Source of the DNA: Mobula hypostoma
Taxonomy: Eukaryota
Reading direction: 5' to 3'
Length of the DNA: 64,000 bases
Assembly (NCBI RefSeq): GCF_963921235.1
Contig: NC_086115.1
Location: forward strand, 56,420,001 to 56,484,000
Shown here: piece after piece, positions 26,012 through 39,419 of the stretch
Layout: every line of letters begins with the position of its first letter
Numbering within the stretch: the stretch's first letter is position 1
Made by a program: the position numbers and the translations under genes
The notes under the pieces: model-generated
Seen by the model: the letters and a program-made list of their open reading frames with translations, nothing else
Databases searched by the model: none
Told to the model about the DNA's origin: nothing

Positions 26012-26744
26012 GTGAGGAGAAGGGGAGAAACTTGCCTCGCCGCGGCTCAGGCTGGCGAACGGGGGTTGGGGCGCGGGAGAGGGAGGGAGAAGAACACTGC
26101 TCCTCATCCCTCCCGTTCGGAATAAATTGACAGAGACCCTTCATGGCCCGTCGGGGGTCTGCAGTTGTGTCAGAGTTGGACTTGACCCCAGAAGGACGCC
26201 GTCTCACAATTCATTGCACTCGGTGCTAGCTGCGGGCCTTGGGCACGTCTGCCTTTATCTTTTCAAATAGGCTTCAGCTTGTCACGAATTTGTGTGCAGG
26301 ACACCCTTCTCACTCTGTCCCCATCCCACATATTTTCCCCCTAAGTGGGGCTGTGGGGATCTCGAAAACCAGACTGCCAGGTGCCGTGCGACACCACCAA
26401 AACTCTTCGGATCAGCTCTCTCGAAGATTAAATAACTGGCATGATATCTGTAGTGGTTAGGTCCAACCTTTTATACTCATCCATTCTCCTTGTTCTCAAG
26501 ATTTAAAATCAAAATGAGATTTATCTGGGCTGTTTTATAACATTCATTGTGTCATAACTGTTTAAAGGTCAGGGTTCATCCAGTGCATGTGCGCTAAATT
26601 TGGAATTTAAACTATTGTAACGTATTGAATTTCCTCTGCTTGGAGCCAAATTAATTGTGGAAAAGTTGGAGATGATGCAGCTAAGCCTGTTTTTTTTTTC
26701 AGTTGGATTGATTGACTTGCTTTTCTGTTTGCATCACTTTTCAG

Positions 26745-26871
26745 ATTTACAGGACATGTATAAGCATAAGGGGAGTTACAACAGCTTTGCAAACACAATG
26801 TATTAAGAAAAACTTGATGCACCGTCGGATTTCAACCCCTCTTGCAAACTATAAATGCAACTTTAGTACAA
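26745..26871 (+). CDS. PRDX3: PRDX3 coding exon 2 (mitochondrial presequence IYRTCISIRGVTTALQTQCIKKNLMHRRISTPLANYKCNFST)
   Basis: TTTTCAG acceptor, GTAAGT donor; R/K/S/T-rich with no acidic residues; ends FST like PRDX3 presequences; phase 0-1. Confidence 0.85.
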
Positions 26872-28307
26872 GTAAGTGCTGTGGAAAAGTTGTTTATTTT
26901 TTTTCTAATGAATCTCGGAAATTAATTAGCTTGGCTGGCTGCCTGGGAAGAAGCCCTTTAGCAAAGAGTCTACTGAATTAAAGTCTACTGAACTAGAAAC
27001 ATAGAATTATTCAGATAAGACTTGAGGATATTTCTAAAGAGCTCCTTGTATCTAGGTGTGATGTAATCACAAACCCCTCAAAAAAACTTGTTGCAATCTC
27101 AGAAGAATTACAATAGGAGGATCCATTGAAATTGGGTGAGACTAGAACTAGAGGTCATAGGTTAAGGGTGAAAGGTGAATTAGGTGAGGAAAATCTGAGT
27201 GGGATACTCAGGGTGGCATGATGTGGAATGAACTGCCAGCAGATGTGGTGGATGCAGGTTTGACTGCAACATTTAAGAGAAGTTTAGATTATATGGACTG
27301 GAGGGCTATGGAGGCTAAACACAAAATACTCTGCAGATGCTGGGGTCAAAGCAACACGCACAACACACTGGAGGAACTCAGCAGGTTGGGCAGCATCTAT
27401 AGAAACGAACAGTCAACATTTCGGGCCGAGACCCTTTGTCAGGACTGAAGAGGGAGGGGGCAGGGGCCCTGTAAAGAAGATGGGGGAGGGTGGGAAGGAG
27501 AAGGCTGGTAGGCACCAGGTGAAAAACCAGTAAGGGTAAAAATAAAGGGGTGGGGGGGTTGAAGCAGGGAGGGGATAGGCAGGAAAGGTGAAGAAGGAAT
27601 AAGGGAAAGCACAATGGTTAGTAGAAGGAGGCGGAACCATGAGGGAGGTGATGGGCAGCTGGAGGAGGGGGCAGAGTGAAACTGGGATGGCGGAAGGGAG
27701 GGGGAGGGAATTATCAGAAGTTGGAGAATTCATTGTTCATGCCAAGGGGCTGGAGACTACCCAGACAGTATATGAGGTGTTGCTCCTCCAACCTGACCAC
27801 AATGGAGGCTGTCAAGTGTAGGTCAATGGGATTAGGTAGAATTACAGTTCAGTACAGATTAGATGGAGCAAAGGGCCAGTTTCTATTCTGTAGTACTCTG
27901 TGACTCTTAAGTTCAAGAACTTTCTAGTATGTATTGGGGGGGGGGGTAGTTTTGAGAGTTGCTTCTGACTCTTAATAAAAAAAAAAGAAATGAGACCTTA
28001 TGAACTTAGTTTTTGGAACTTTCCCTTGGAATATTTAATCTGTCTCTTTAGCCTTTTCTACAGATGACCTTTTTCTTTTAATTAACGAATTTAATTGGCC
28101 AAAATCTGTTTTTACTTTAAATCCACACACATAGTTCATAGACCAGTTAATAAAATAGAACCGTGCTGTTGTATTGCAGATATCATTCAGTCCAATTGGG
28201 ACTTTTGTATTTGACAATGCATGCAGGGAACTCCATTTGAAGTATTAAATGTCAACATTTTTAATTGACATCTGACCCTTTAATTGAGACTTATACCTTC
28301 TCTTTAG

Positions 28308-28449
28308 CTTATTCAAACTTTGCTCCTGCTGTTACCCAGCCCGCTCCCTTTTTCAAGGGCACTGCTGTAGTCAATGGTGAGTTCAAGGAAATCAGCCTGG
28401 ATGACTACAAAGGGAAATACCTGGTTGTTTTCTTCTATCCTCTGGATTT
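28308..28449 (+). CDS. PRDX3: PRDX3 coding exon 3 ([47 protein letters not shown])
   Basis: PRDX3-type APAVTQxAP mature N-terminus and FFYPLDF; TAG acceptor, GTAAGT donor; 142 bp. Confidence 0.97.
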
Positions 28450-31400
28450 GTAAGTAATTTTTCACGGGCTCTTTGCTTGGGGCTTGACTGTAAAAGAAAA
28501 TGTTTCTCAGCTAGAATTTCTTCATTGACAAATTTTATACAAATCATATTTATTGCCATGTGCAACTTTAAAATAGATATTTTGGATAAAATTCTAAACT
28601 ATTCCAATATTCTATTAACATGCATGCAAGTAATATTTGTTATCTGTATCTGACAGCAGCAAAACTAAGTGTTGATATTATGTTGCTCAGAGTTAAGGAA
28701 GCCTGAATATCTAAGCTTTGTTATCAACTTTGAAAATATTGACCAAGTGATGGGTGGAGAACCTTTTTTTCTGGAGCAGTTCTTTCTTACTTTACTTAAG
28801 CCCATCAACCCTACTGGGTCGTAGGCTGCCGACAACAGATTGCCAGAGCCCTCTGTCTTGGGCCAGTCCTTCGAGTTATCCTAGGTGTAGTCCATCTGCT
28901 CCTTCCTATTGAATGATGAAAGCCTTGATAGAGTGGATGTGGAGAGGATGTTTCCTATGGTAGGAGTGTCTTAAGACCAGAGGTCACAGCCTCAGAATAG
29001 AGGGGTGTCCTTTTAGAACAGAGATGAAGAAGAATTTCTTAGAGAGATGAATCTGTGGAATTTGTGGCCACAGGCAACTGTGGAGGCCAAGTCTTTATTT
29101 ATATTTAAGGCAGAGGTAGATAAGTTCTTGATTTGTCAGGGTATGAAAGGATACGGAGAGGAAGGCGGGAGATTGGGGCTGAGAGGGAAACGGATCAGCC
29201 ATGATGAAATGGCAGAGCAGACTCGATGAGCCAAATGGCCAAGTTCTGCTCCTATATCTTATGGTCTTCCTCTCCCAGGGACGAGGTTTTGGAGCTTCTG
29301 TTGGCATTTTTGCAGCACTAGGTTTTTATGGGATGGGGTTGCTAGTCCCATGCCCAGTCCCCTCCTTTCACAGCCAGGCTTGGGACTGTCCATGGTGGAG
29401 TTTCTTTCTTATGTTTTATTTAATCTGTTAATTGACAAGTGGATCTTTTTTTTTCTCTCTAGTTTTAATTCCTTTCTTACCTTTGTTTTTTCTCATTCTG
29501 AACCCATTCTGGTACACAACATATGCTCATTTTTGTACATCTGTATACATATATTGAAAAGAACATTTATGATTTCCCTGTTTATATGTGAAGCAATGTG
29601 ACGGAGGAGGGTTGATGCTTTTGCGTGCTGGGGTGCTTTGGTGTTCTGAAATTTTTTCTGTCATTCGTTCTTTGGGGTTTATCTTCTGTTTTGTGGGTGT
29701 CTGTGGAGAGTAAGAATTTCAGGTTGTATAATGTGTACATTCTCTGATATCAAATGGAACTATTGAACATTGAAGCTTTGCTGTTGATTATTATTGCCGC
29801 TCCAAAGCTGTATACACTGTAGTAACTGATATAAAAGCTATATTCTCTGTATGAAGTGTTATACATAAACATACACTTAAAATTTTGTCAATTGCTGGCA
29901 TGATGAGTACTTTGGAATTTGTTCTAGTCCAATTTGATATTGTTGGTATTTGGGAAAGAAGGTTGATTCCTGTATTGAAATTAACAACCACATCAGACAG
30001 GCTCTGGAATGTTGGCTCTGTTGCAATCATTTTTGATTATGATGTTGTACAGTTGAACAGTTTGAACAGTTTTTAACCATAACTAAGGCTTCGCACTAAG
30101 GTCCTTTAGAATTGTTGAAGATTTATGACATAAGTGGATGATATTGGACCCATTGCAACAATGCTGGTCTCTAATCTATAGACTCAGATCTATCACATGT
30201 ATATCAAAGCACCCAGTGTAATGTGTTTGCATTAGCAACCAACACACCCAAGAATGTGCTGGGGGCAGCCTGCAAATGTCACCACTCATTCTGGCGCCAG
30301 CAAAGCATACTCACAATGTTCAGCAGAACAACACGAGCAGCAGCAGCAAACCATCAACTAAGGCGAGAGCTGAATTCACTCACTCGCTCTCCGTGATGCT
30401 CATTCCACTTGCCAGGGCGCCAGAGCCTTTTGCTGTTCTGTTGTTGGGTCAATTTAAATGCCAGCCCAGATAGACTGAAAAGGAAGGGGTTTCAGTTGGG
30501 ATGAGAGCCGTTCTCTGTGATAGTCATCTCCATGGCGCTGAGACTGTGAAGACTGCCCTGGCTGCTGTGCTCCGTGCCTGCTGATGTGATAAACTGATAA
30601 GTGGGTCTTTGTACCTTTTCCAAGCTGCTCCAGGGTTTGGATCTGAAGACTCCATTTGGGTTTGGAATGTTATCGTTGGCTTCAATTGTTTGCATGATTT
30701 GTATTTTCCTTTCTCTCGTGCATTGAGTGTTGGGCTTTTATTTTTATTCTTTTCCTCTTTAATTGGGTTCTTTCAGGTTTCTTGCTTTGCAGCTACGTGT
30801 GAGCAAACAAATCTCAAGGTTGTATAACATACACTCTTTGATAATAATTCCTGAATCTTGAACAACAGAACAAATCAAGACTGCAGCATAATAACAAGCC
30901 TTTTTCTGACCCTTTACAAACATAGGCAGGCCTCTAACCCCAGAACGGTCTGTTTCTCTGGACTCTCAGACATTGGGCCAGTCCCAGGCCTTGACAAGCA
31001 CCCTTGACCTTCAGATTCTACCTCTGGACTTGCCAACCTCAGTCTCTGACCTTTTTGGGCTTTGTACCTCTGGATTTTGCTGAGATCTTGACTTTCACCT
31101 TTGGCTTTGCCCTCCAGACTTTGCCAGTTCTGGGTCTCAACCTTGGGTCTTGCTGATTGCAGGCTTGACCTTCGAGCTTCAGCCCCAGATTTGCCAATCA
31201 TGGATTTGAATTTCGGGCCTTGACTTACAGACTTGCACGACCACTGTGGCATGAGGTGGGGTAGAGTCACAGGCCCTTATTACTCCCGCCTGCATGGACC
31301 TCCGGATCAGACTTGCTGAATTGGGGATCATTGGTCTCCTCAGCACCTGCTGACCCAGCCTCCAGGAACGCTGATCCTCAACTGCGTAGCCCTCCAACCT

Positions 31401-32156
31401 GGACTCCAAACACCAGCTCCTGCCCCTGACTTTTCACTCTCCCTCATTCTTAAAGTTTGCAGCTCCAGGTTAACATCCAAGCACATTTTTGTGATGATGG
31501 CATTTACCTCCCTTTCATGCAATGAATCCCAGAGTTCTGTGCTCTGCATTGGGGAGAAATCCACCCAATTATCCTAATAATTTCTTCAAACTTTCTGTCT
31601 GGAGGCATTGGTCCTCGTAATTTCAAATGCCTTCAGTTAAGTCTCCCCTCAGTGGGTGTGTTCAAATGAACCAAGCCTATCTAATCTTTACTCATAGCTG
31701 AAATTTTCCAGTCCTGTCAACCTCTTTGAAAAATCTCTCTGCACACTCTCCACTGTTATCTTTTTAAATATGACTATAACTGTGTGCAGTACCCCAGGCT
31801 GTAGTCTAATTAGCATTGTATAAGTTCCAGCATAATCTCCCTGCTCTTGTATTGCATGCTTCTGTCTAATAAAAAAAAGCATGCACCTTGTATCCACTAT
31901 ATCAATCTGTCCAAATCCTTTGAGGGATCTATGGACATATTCTCTATGGTTCTTCCTCACCTCAGTGTCCTTCCATCTGTTATATTTGCTTTGCTTTGTT
32001 GCTTCTCCCAAAAACAATATTTCCCTTTTCGGATTGAATTCTGTTTCCACTTTTCTGTCCAACAGTGAGGCTTTCTACATTTTAATGCAATCTAAAGTAT
32101 TCCTCAATGGTGCCTATAGCAACAATTTTTGTATATATTTTATTGTGCCCTCTATA

Positions 32157-32417
32157 AAAGGAAAGGTACGTTGCATCCGGAGTTTCTCCGGTTAGCGGAC
32201 GATTTCCCTCCACACCTCTCTGATGTAGTGGGGAACCGCATATGAGGCAAGTTACAGCAGTGGTTTGCCATTGCCTTCTGCCAGGTGAGTTTCTAAAGAG
32301 ATCACCAGCTCGTAACCCAGCACGGATGGAAAGCGTGCAGGGGAGCTGGCTGGATTCGAACTCGGGACCTTTCGTCCCAAAGTCCAGCACTGATGCCACT
32401 ACACCACCAGCCAGGTC
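32157..32417 (-). mobile_element. tRNA-derived SINE with RTE-type body and 13-bp TSD
   Basis: A box TGGTGTAGTGG, B box AGTTCGAATCC, GAAGGCAATGGCAAACCACT motif; TSD TGTGCCCTCTATA at 32144-32156 and 32418-32430. Confidence 0.9.
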
Positions 32418-33113
32418 TGTGCCCTCTATACCCAACTGTAAATCATTATCCTTCAAAAAGCTAGGGGCCAAGTACTGAAGCCCCAGAGCACCAATGATGA
32501 TGGCTTCCAGTTACAAAATCACTCATTTACTTTCACTTGCTGCTGCTGCTGGGTCAATTTTGGACTCCTGTCAATTTGTCACTGTCCCTTCAGATGAAAC
32601 TCATGAAAAGTGCGAGCACGTTTACTGTGTTTTACGAAATAGCTCCTTTTCAACAACCAGTAGATTTTAGATTTGAACAGCATTACTTTCTTCTATGTGA
32701 CCACTCAAAACTATGGAGTCATTTTATTAAGATTGGTGCTCGTATATTAAGATACAACTGAAGTATTGTACTAAATGTGTTTAAAACTTTAACGACTTCA
32801 AATGATTTAAGTATTCGAAAATGGAAAGTGAAAGCACTTGGGGTTGCTTATGTTTCTATAGTTAACTTTGAAACATGCTAAATTAAATGGGTAGTTTAAA
32901 TTTCCTTTTGCTAAATGATATAGACAAAAGTCTAATTTTTAAGAAGAAATGCGATGTCTGCTTTTGTATCAAAGTATTCTCTAGAATGCAAGCATTGGCA
33001 GATATATTTTTGCAGTCAGCTTTTTGTTTCTTTCTACATACATATAGATATGATTAGAAAAGATGTGTAGTTTTAAATAACTTCTAAGACAAAAATATGT
33101 CCTTTTTTTTCAG

Positions 33114-33249
33114 TACTTTTGTTTGTCCGACTGAAATCATTGCTTTCAGTAACAAAGCAAGTGAGTTCCATGACGTAAACTGTGAAGTAATTGGTGTTTC
33201 TGTAGACTCTCATTTCTCTCACCTTGCCTGGATCAACACTCCAAAAAAG
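33114..33249 (+). CDS. PRDX3: PRDX3 coding exon 4 ([45 protein letters not shown])
   Basis: Peroxidatic Cys motif FVCPTE; T-tract/CAG acceptor, GTACAG donor; 136 bp. Confidence 0.97.
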
Positions 33250-33673
33250 GTACAGAAGCATGCAGGAAGATTTTACACTCCTGCAATTGATTTTTTAAAA
33301 TGAATTTTTGTTAATTTTTGTGCAATAATTATGTAACTTTGTATTTAACAAAATAATATTCTGAATTATCAGCAACGCATTCAAGTTTTGGTGTTGAAAA
33401 TTAAGCAGTGTCATCAGACTATTTCACAAATGCAATGTGTTGTGAGGTAACAAATTCTTAAGATCTGTACAAAATAATGTTCTCTAAGTTAATTATCTTG
33501 GGATGGGAGATTTTTGTATTTATTGAGGCAAGAAAACAGAAATTATTGAGTGTGTTTCTATTAAGGTAATAAGAATTATATTTCAAAGTCAGTGTCATTT
33601 TAATTTACTAGTAAGTATCTTTTAAATTTATGCATTTGGTTAAGTTTCCCCAATATTCATTCTTTTCTTCCAG

Positions 33674-33777
33674 AGTGGCGGTTTAGGGCACATGAATATA
33701 CCACTACTGTCCGATATAACAAAGCAAATGTCACGGGATTATGGAGTGCTACTGGAAAATGCTGGTATTGCTCTAAG
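33674..33777 (+). CDS. PRDX3: PRDX3 coding exon 5 ([35 protein letters not shown])
   Basis: GGLG motif; CAG acceptor, GTAAAG donor; 104 bp; absent from the ORF track. Confidence 0.96.
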
Positions 33778-36700
33778 GTAAAGTATTTTGTTATAAGGGA
33801 TGCTTCCACTTCAGTCCCTCAGATATTAAATAGCTGATGAGACGATTGTATAACCTGCAGATTCTGCCAGTGGTGGAGCAGGGGAACCTTAATGGCCAGG
33901 ATGAATGGGCAATGTGGGAGCTGGTGCATTGCCTCTGCCATTCCACTGGGTGTCTGTGTGTTCCTAGTGAATAGTTGAGATTCTCGCTGCCATCCTGAAT
34001 ACTCCTCATTGACTTTGAACAATCACAGCCCAGGGATTCCCATGAGTTTGCGAGGATGTTAGACATGCAGTCATTAAGAACATTCTTCAATGTATTCTCT
34101 GTCCTGCAGATAATCTGTTGCTGTGACGGCATTCCGAACTGAGTGGCAGTTTTTGGAATCTGGTTTGTGCATGTGAATGACATTGGAACCTATTATGTGT
34201 AATTCAAAGATGTCCTGGAAAAGGTTAGTGTGGGGAGGTAGAGAATAATAGTACAGACAAAAAGTTTAAGATATTGCAAGGTGCAGGGCTGTGGTAGTGA
34301 GGAGAAAAGAACTGAGCCCTATTTTAGTATAGATCATGAATTAAAGTTACTTGGTGCTGTAGAATTTGATGTTGAATCAAAAAAGCTGCAGTGTTCAGTT
34401 TGAAGATGAGGTAATATTCCGCGAGCTTGCAATAGACTTTGTTATAACAATGCAGGTGGCCAGAGTGAGATGAAGAATTAAAGTGGTTAGGAACAGAAAG
34501 CTCAGGGGTAGCCCATGCATACTGAGTTCAGGTTCTCTGCAGAGTGATCTGCTTTTGGTTTCTCTGATTTAAAAAGTAGACCACCTGTGAATACGAAGTG
34601 CAGTATACGAGACTGGATGTGTAAGCAAATTGCTGCTTCACCCGCAAATCTGCAAAGACTGCTTTCCTGAACGGTGGACAGAGAAGAGATTGAGGGACAT
34701 GTGTTTCATCTCCTACAGTTGCGTGGGTATGTGCCAGAAGAAATGGAGTAGTTGGTGGAAAATAATGGGGGAAGGAGTCACCAAAGAATGGTCCCTTCAA
34801 AACTGAAGGGGCACGAGTGGGGAGAAAAAGATGTCTGGAGCTGGGAGAAATTACAAGGGAGAATCTGCTGAATACAAGTACTGGAGACACGGAATGCAAA
34901 AACTATACTTCAGGAAAGGGTGTGAGAGCAGAGGTGTAGGAAACAAATGGAAAGCATTCAAGGGTACTGACTGTTGAAATGGAGGGAGAGCCACTGTTTA
35001 GAAAGATGGAAGATATTTTAGAGGCATCCGTATAGTACAGTGATTCCCAATCTGGGGTCCACGGACCCCTCGGTTAATGGTAGTGGTCCATGGCATAAAG
35101 AATGTTGGGAACCCCTGGTGTAGTAAGTCTCATCGTTGGAGCAAATATGATGGAGATGGGGAAACTGGGAAAATGGAATGGAGACTTTACTGGAAGCAAG
35201 GGAGGAAGAAGCATTGTCAAGATAGCTGGAAAATTCTGTTTTGTAACAGATGGTGTTTACTGTGTATGCATGCAAAAAAAACTAATCTCAGGTGCATTTA
35301 TGGTGACATATATGTAATTAAATATGTACTTGCCTCCTTTGGTGGAAACACAGATCCTGTAAGAGAAGAGTCAGAGAGGGGCCATGCGAAGCTGAGAGAT
35401 GCTTGGAAATCTGCAGCAAAACTGAAGGCATTTTTTGCGTCTTAAGTGAAAGGAACAGAATCAATACAATTGTAGAAAGAGTGGAAAGAGAGAATCACAT
35501 ATCCCAAAAAGGTTGGATTTAATTTGGGCCTTTTGTAAGTTCCCATAGTTAACTTTGATCTGGGATTTAAAAAAAAGACTCCAGCATGACTATGAGCCAC
35601 ATGTAGAAGTTATTTCCTTTCCTTTTCACTGTCATGATTAACTTTTGAAGTCCTGGAGAACAGACAGCAATGCTTTATTGAGATTGGCTTTGCAGGCTTG
35701 CCTGGTGCAACACTTAGAGCAGAGACATGGAGAAGAGCCAAGTTCTGGTGACTGGAATGGTTTTCAGATACAAATGAGTGTCGGGAGTTTTAGAACTAAG
35801 GTGCACCTAAATCCACAAATAAAGGATAAATGCAGCAAAGTCTTAGATGTGTTGTGCCAAAAGCCAGGTCTAGGAGAGTTGTACAAAAATTATTTCCATC
35901 AGTAAACAGAAGATGCATATTTCTGGTGTTGGAAATTGAGGGATAACTTTTTAGAGTGAATCGAATGTATATTTCAAAACTTAGAGATAATGGGTATTGA
36001 GCAAGGACTAATTGGTTGGCATTCTCAGAGAGCTTGACTGTTAGTTCACTGTTATGAATTATACCCTTCTGCTCACAAAAGGTTAATGGCTGTGTCTTCT
36101 ACAACAAAGCTCCACAGTAACAAAAAACATGTGGCATTTTGTGGGATTTCCATAGACCAACAACAAGTAGATATTAGAAGAGAAAAGTGATGCTCCCTGT
36201 CATTGGTCTGTCCTTGATTGAAGATACTGATTAATGTTAAAGTCAATCAGGCATCTATTTATTGTTTACTCTTTAAATTAGATAATCACCCCAAATTAAA
36301 TGTTTATGATTGAATTAAATGTCTATTTTTGTTATTAGTTCTCTCTGGTCCTGTACCTGTTTGTTAACACTATTCATGCAAATTGTTATTGTACTTGTTA
36401 TGTTAAAGCAAAGGGAAAATTTAGAATTTTGTGTTAGCATTTAAGCAGATTGGAGCAAAGATGTTTCTGCGATGAAGCAATAATATGTTTCAGTTACCTA
36501 GAGTTCTTTCTACTTCCTTTATCTTGTATCTGTGACCTAAACTTGTCAGTATTTTTCAGCTATGCTGGCAAATTTGTTCTTGAATAAGGCATTTCATGCT
36601 TGCCGTTCATTTCATTTTGCAAAGCAGATTTCATCTAATCATTTTGATAAAAAGTGAAGTCCAAATTGGAAATAAAGCATCCATGTGCTAATTGAGAGCT

Positions 36701-36854
36701 CCTACTTAGTTTTGAATATTCATATTTTTCAGATTATTTTAATGGTTTTATCCTGGAAAGTTACAGCTTCAAATCTGACATGAAGTAAAATGTGATTAGC
36801 CTTTGAAGTGAAATTTTAAAAAATGGTAACTTTTCTAAATTGTAATTTTACCAG

Positions 36855-37020
36855 AGGTCTTTTCATTATTGATGTTAATGGAATTATCAAGCACATAGGC
36901 ATCAATGATCTGCCTGTAGGTCGCAGTGCTGAAGAAACTCTGCGCTTAGTTAAGGCATTTCAATTTGTTGAAACCCATGGAGAAGTTTGCCCAGCAGAGT
37001 GGACCCCTAACTCTCCAACG
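36855..37020 (+). CDS. PRDX3: PRDX3 coding exon 6 ([55 protein letters not shown])
   Basis: Resolving Cys motif GEVCPAxW; CAG acceptor, GTATGT donor; 166 bp. Confidence 0.97.
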
Positions 37021-37857
37021 GTATGTAATATTGCACTTAATTTAGCAGCTCAATAAATTAGTTGGGCTAAGCATTTGTGGAACAAGCAAACAATTTAGTT
37101 GTAAAGTAATTAACTTAAGTTTTGCATCACTTACAGAAGTTATATTTTCCTACAGTTTCTTCAAATGTCAAGCAATTTAAAATTGTGCTAGCTAACTTCC
37201 TAACAAGTGGATAGCTGTGATATCAATATATATTAATCAATAATATATGTGATATCAAAATATACTCAAAAATGTTCTTGCTTTCAGTAAAACAAAAGCT
37301 AGATGCCTGTTAGATCTGAGTTATAATCCTCTTAATGTGGTACCTTGCTTGTCCCTTTTCAAGTCCTGTTTTGAAAATAAAGGAGCAGTTTGAACTAAAA
37401 TATGAATGAGCAATTCTATTGTGTGTAGAATTGCTCTAGAAATTGGTAGTTCATAGCATTTTGATATGCATTCCCATTCACTGAGATTGTATATACAGTA
37501 AATGGGTTTAAAATAGCACTTGATTTGCTAAATCCTAATGATGCTCTGTAAGCAGACTTTCAAATTTAGGTGGTAATGGGTTTTCTGTGATTTCATAGTT
37601 TGGGGTAGCATTCCCTGAAATTTTCAATTGCCTCAGAAGGTATTTGGCATCTTGCCTTGGCTTTCTGCCTGACATAGGCAACTTGGTGTGGAATGGGAGG
37701 TTGAAATTATATTTCCATCTGTTTGACTAAATCACTCTATTGTACTATTAGTTTAACCTTCTGGTTTTTACTTCTCTCCCCAACCTGCAGTATTTCCCCA
37801 TTATATAGATTTTAGTGAGAAGTTGCATTTTAATTTTAATTCCCAGACTAACATAGA

Positions 37858-39037
37858 TTGGCTTTTGACAAGGTCCCACGCAGGAGATTAGTGTGCAAAC
37901 TTAAAGCACACGGTATTGGGGGTAAGGTATTGGTGTGGGTGGAGAATTGGTTAGCAGACAGGAAGCAAAGAGTGGGAATAAACGGGACCTTTTCAGAATG
38001 GCAGGCAGTGACTAGTGGGGTACCGCAAGGCTCAGTGCTGGGACCCCAGTTGTTTACAATATATATTAATGACTTGGATGAGGGAAATAAATGCAGCATC
38101 TCCAAGTTTGCGGATGACACGAAGCTGGGTGGCAGTGTTAGCAGTGAGGAGGATGCTAAGAGGATGCAGGGTGACTTGGATAGGTTGGGTGAGTGGGCAA
38201 ACTCATGGCAGATGCAATTTAATGTGGATAAATGTGAAGTTATCCACTTTGGTGGCAAAAATAGGAAAACAGATTATTATCTGAATGGTGGCCGATTAGG
38301 AAAAGGGGAGGTGCAACGAGACCTGGGTGTCATTATACACCAGTCATTGAAAGTGGGCATGCAGGTACAGCAGGCGGTGAAAAAGGCAAATGGTATGCTG
38401 GCACTTATAGCGAGAGGATTCGAGTACAGGAGCAGGGAGGTACTACTGCAGTTGTACAAGGCCTTGGTGAGACCACACCTGGAGTATTGTGTGCAGTTTT
38501 GGTCCCCTAATCTGAGGAAAGACATCTTTGCCATAGAGAGAGTACAAAGAAGGTTCACCAGATTGATTCCTGGGATGGCAGGACTTTCATATGAAGAAAG
38601 ACTGGATGAACTGGGCTTGTACTTGTTGGAATTTAGAAGATTGAGGGGGGATCTGATTGAAACGTATAAGATCCTAAAGGGATTCGACAGGCTAGATGCA
38701 GGAAGATTGTTCCCGATGTTGGGGAAGTCCAGAACGAGGGGTCACAGTTTGAGGATAGAGGGGAAGCCTTTTAGGACCGAGATTAGGAAAAACTTCTTCA
38801 CACAGAGAGTGGTGAATCTGTGGAATTCTCTGCCACAGCAAACTGTTGAGGCCAGTTCATTGGCTATGTTTAAGAGGGAGTTAGATATGGCCCTTGTGGC
38901 TACGGGGGTCGGGGGGTATGGAGGGAAGGCTGGGGCGGGGTTCTGAGTTGGATGATCAGCCATGATCATAATAAATGGCGGTGCAGGCTCGAAGGGCCGA
39001 ATGGCCTACTCCTGCACCTATTTTCTATGTTTCTATG
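37858..39037 (+). mobile_element. Young 5'-truncated CR1 LINE in PRDX3 intron 6
   Basis: Uninterrupted 362-aa RT ORF with intact GVPQGSVLGP and FADD; 3'UTR and TTTCTATG tail. Confidence 0.97.
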
Positions 39038-39169
39038 AAGCAGATTCAGTATATCGTAAGTGTCATTATTCATAAATTATTGTTAAACTTCTTGGATTAT
39101 ATTCATTCTATAATATTTTATTAAACCATAAAACATATTTGTCTATTAATCCTGCCATTTGTTTTACAG

Positions 39170-39223
39170 ATCAAGCCTTCCCCAGAAGCTTCCAAAGAAT
39201 ATTTTTCTCAAGTCAATGAATAA
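39170..39223 (+). CDS. PRDX3: PRDX3 coding exon 7 (IKPSPEASKEYFSQVNE*)
   Basis: YF motif; TTTTACAG acceptor; total CDS 741 nt = 246 aa. Confidence 0.95.
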   Translation: MKPSPEASKEYFSQVNE

Positions 39224-39419
39224 CATCTAATATCCATACCTTTTATTGGTGTATTTTGTTGATGTTTGGACAGAATGACTACTTGGAGGTGGAGGTTTTC
39301 TTTATCTGGGATAAGTTGTCCCGTAAGGTTGGAGTCAGCAATAGGCCTAATGTTTAACCACTGAATCTTATCATGTAAAATGAAAACTATACTACTGAAT
39401 GTTCCTTTGCTGTTTAATA

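Larger units (their letters stand above)
25660..26240. promoter_or_regulatory. CpG-island bidirectional promoter shared by LSM1 and PRDX3
   Basis: The one CpG-dense non-TE stretch I could see; divergent ATGs at 25755(-) and 26000(+); ATTGG/CCAAT 25773-25777, GACGTCA CRE-like 25777-25783, CACATG E-box 25782-25787, ETS/GABP CACTTCCG 25823-25830, YY1 AAGATGGCGGC over the PRDX3 ATG; no evident TATA box. Confidence 0.85.

Noticed and set aside
25357-26207. Overlapping ORFs around the CpG island
   Set aside because: Stop-poor GC-rich sequence; only the short LSM1 and PRDX3 first exons are supported
32335-32412. tRNA gene
   Set aside because: The A/B boxes belong to a SINE head followed by a SINE body and enclosed by a 13-bp TSD
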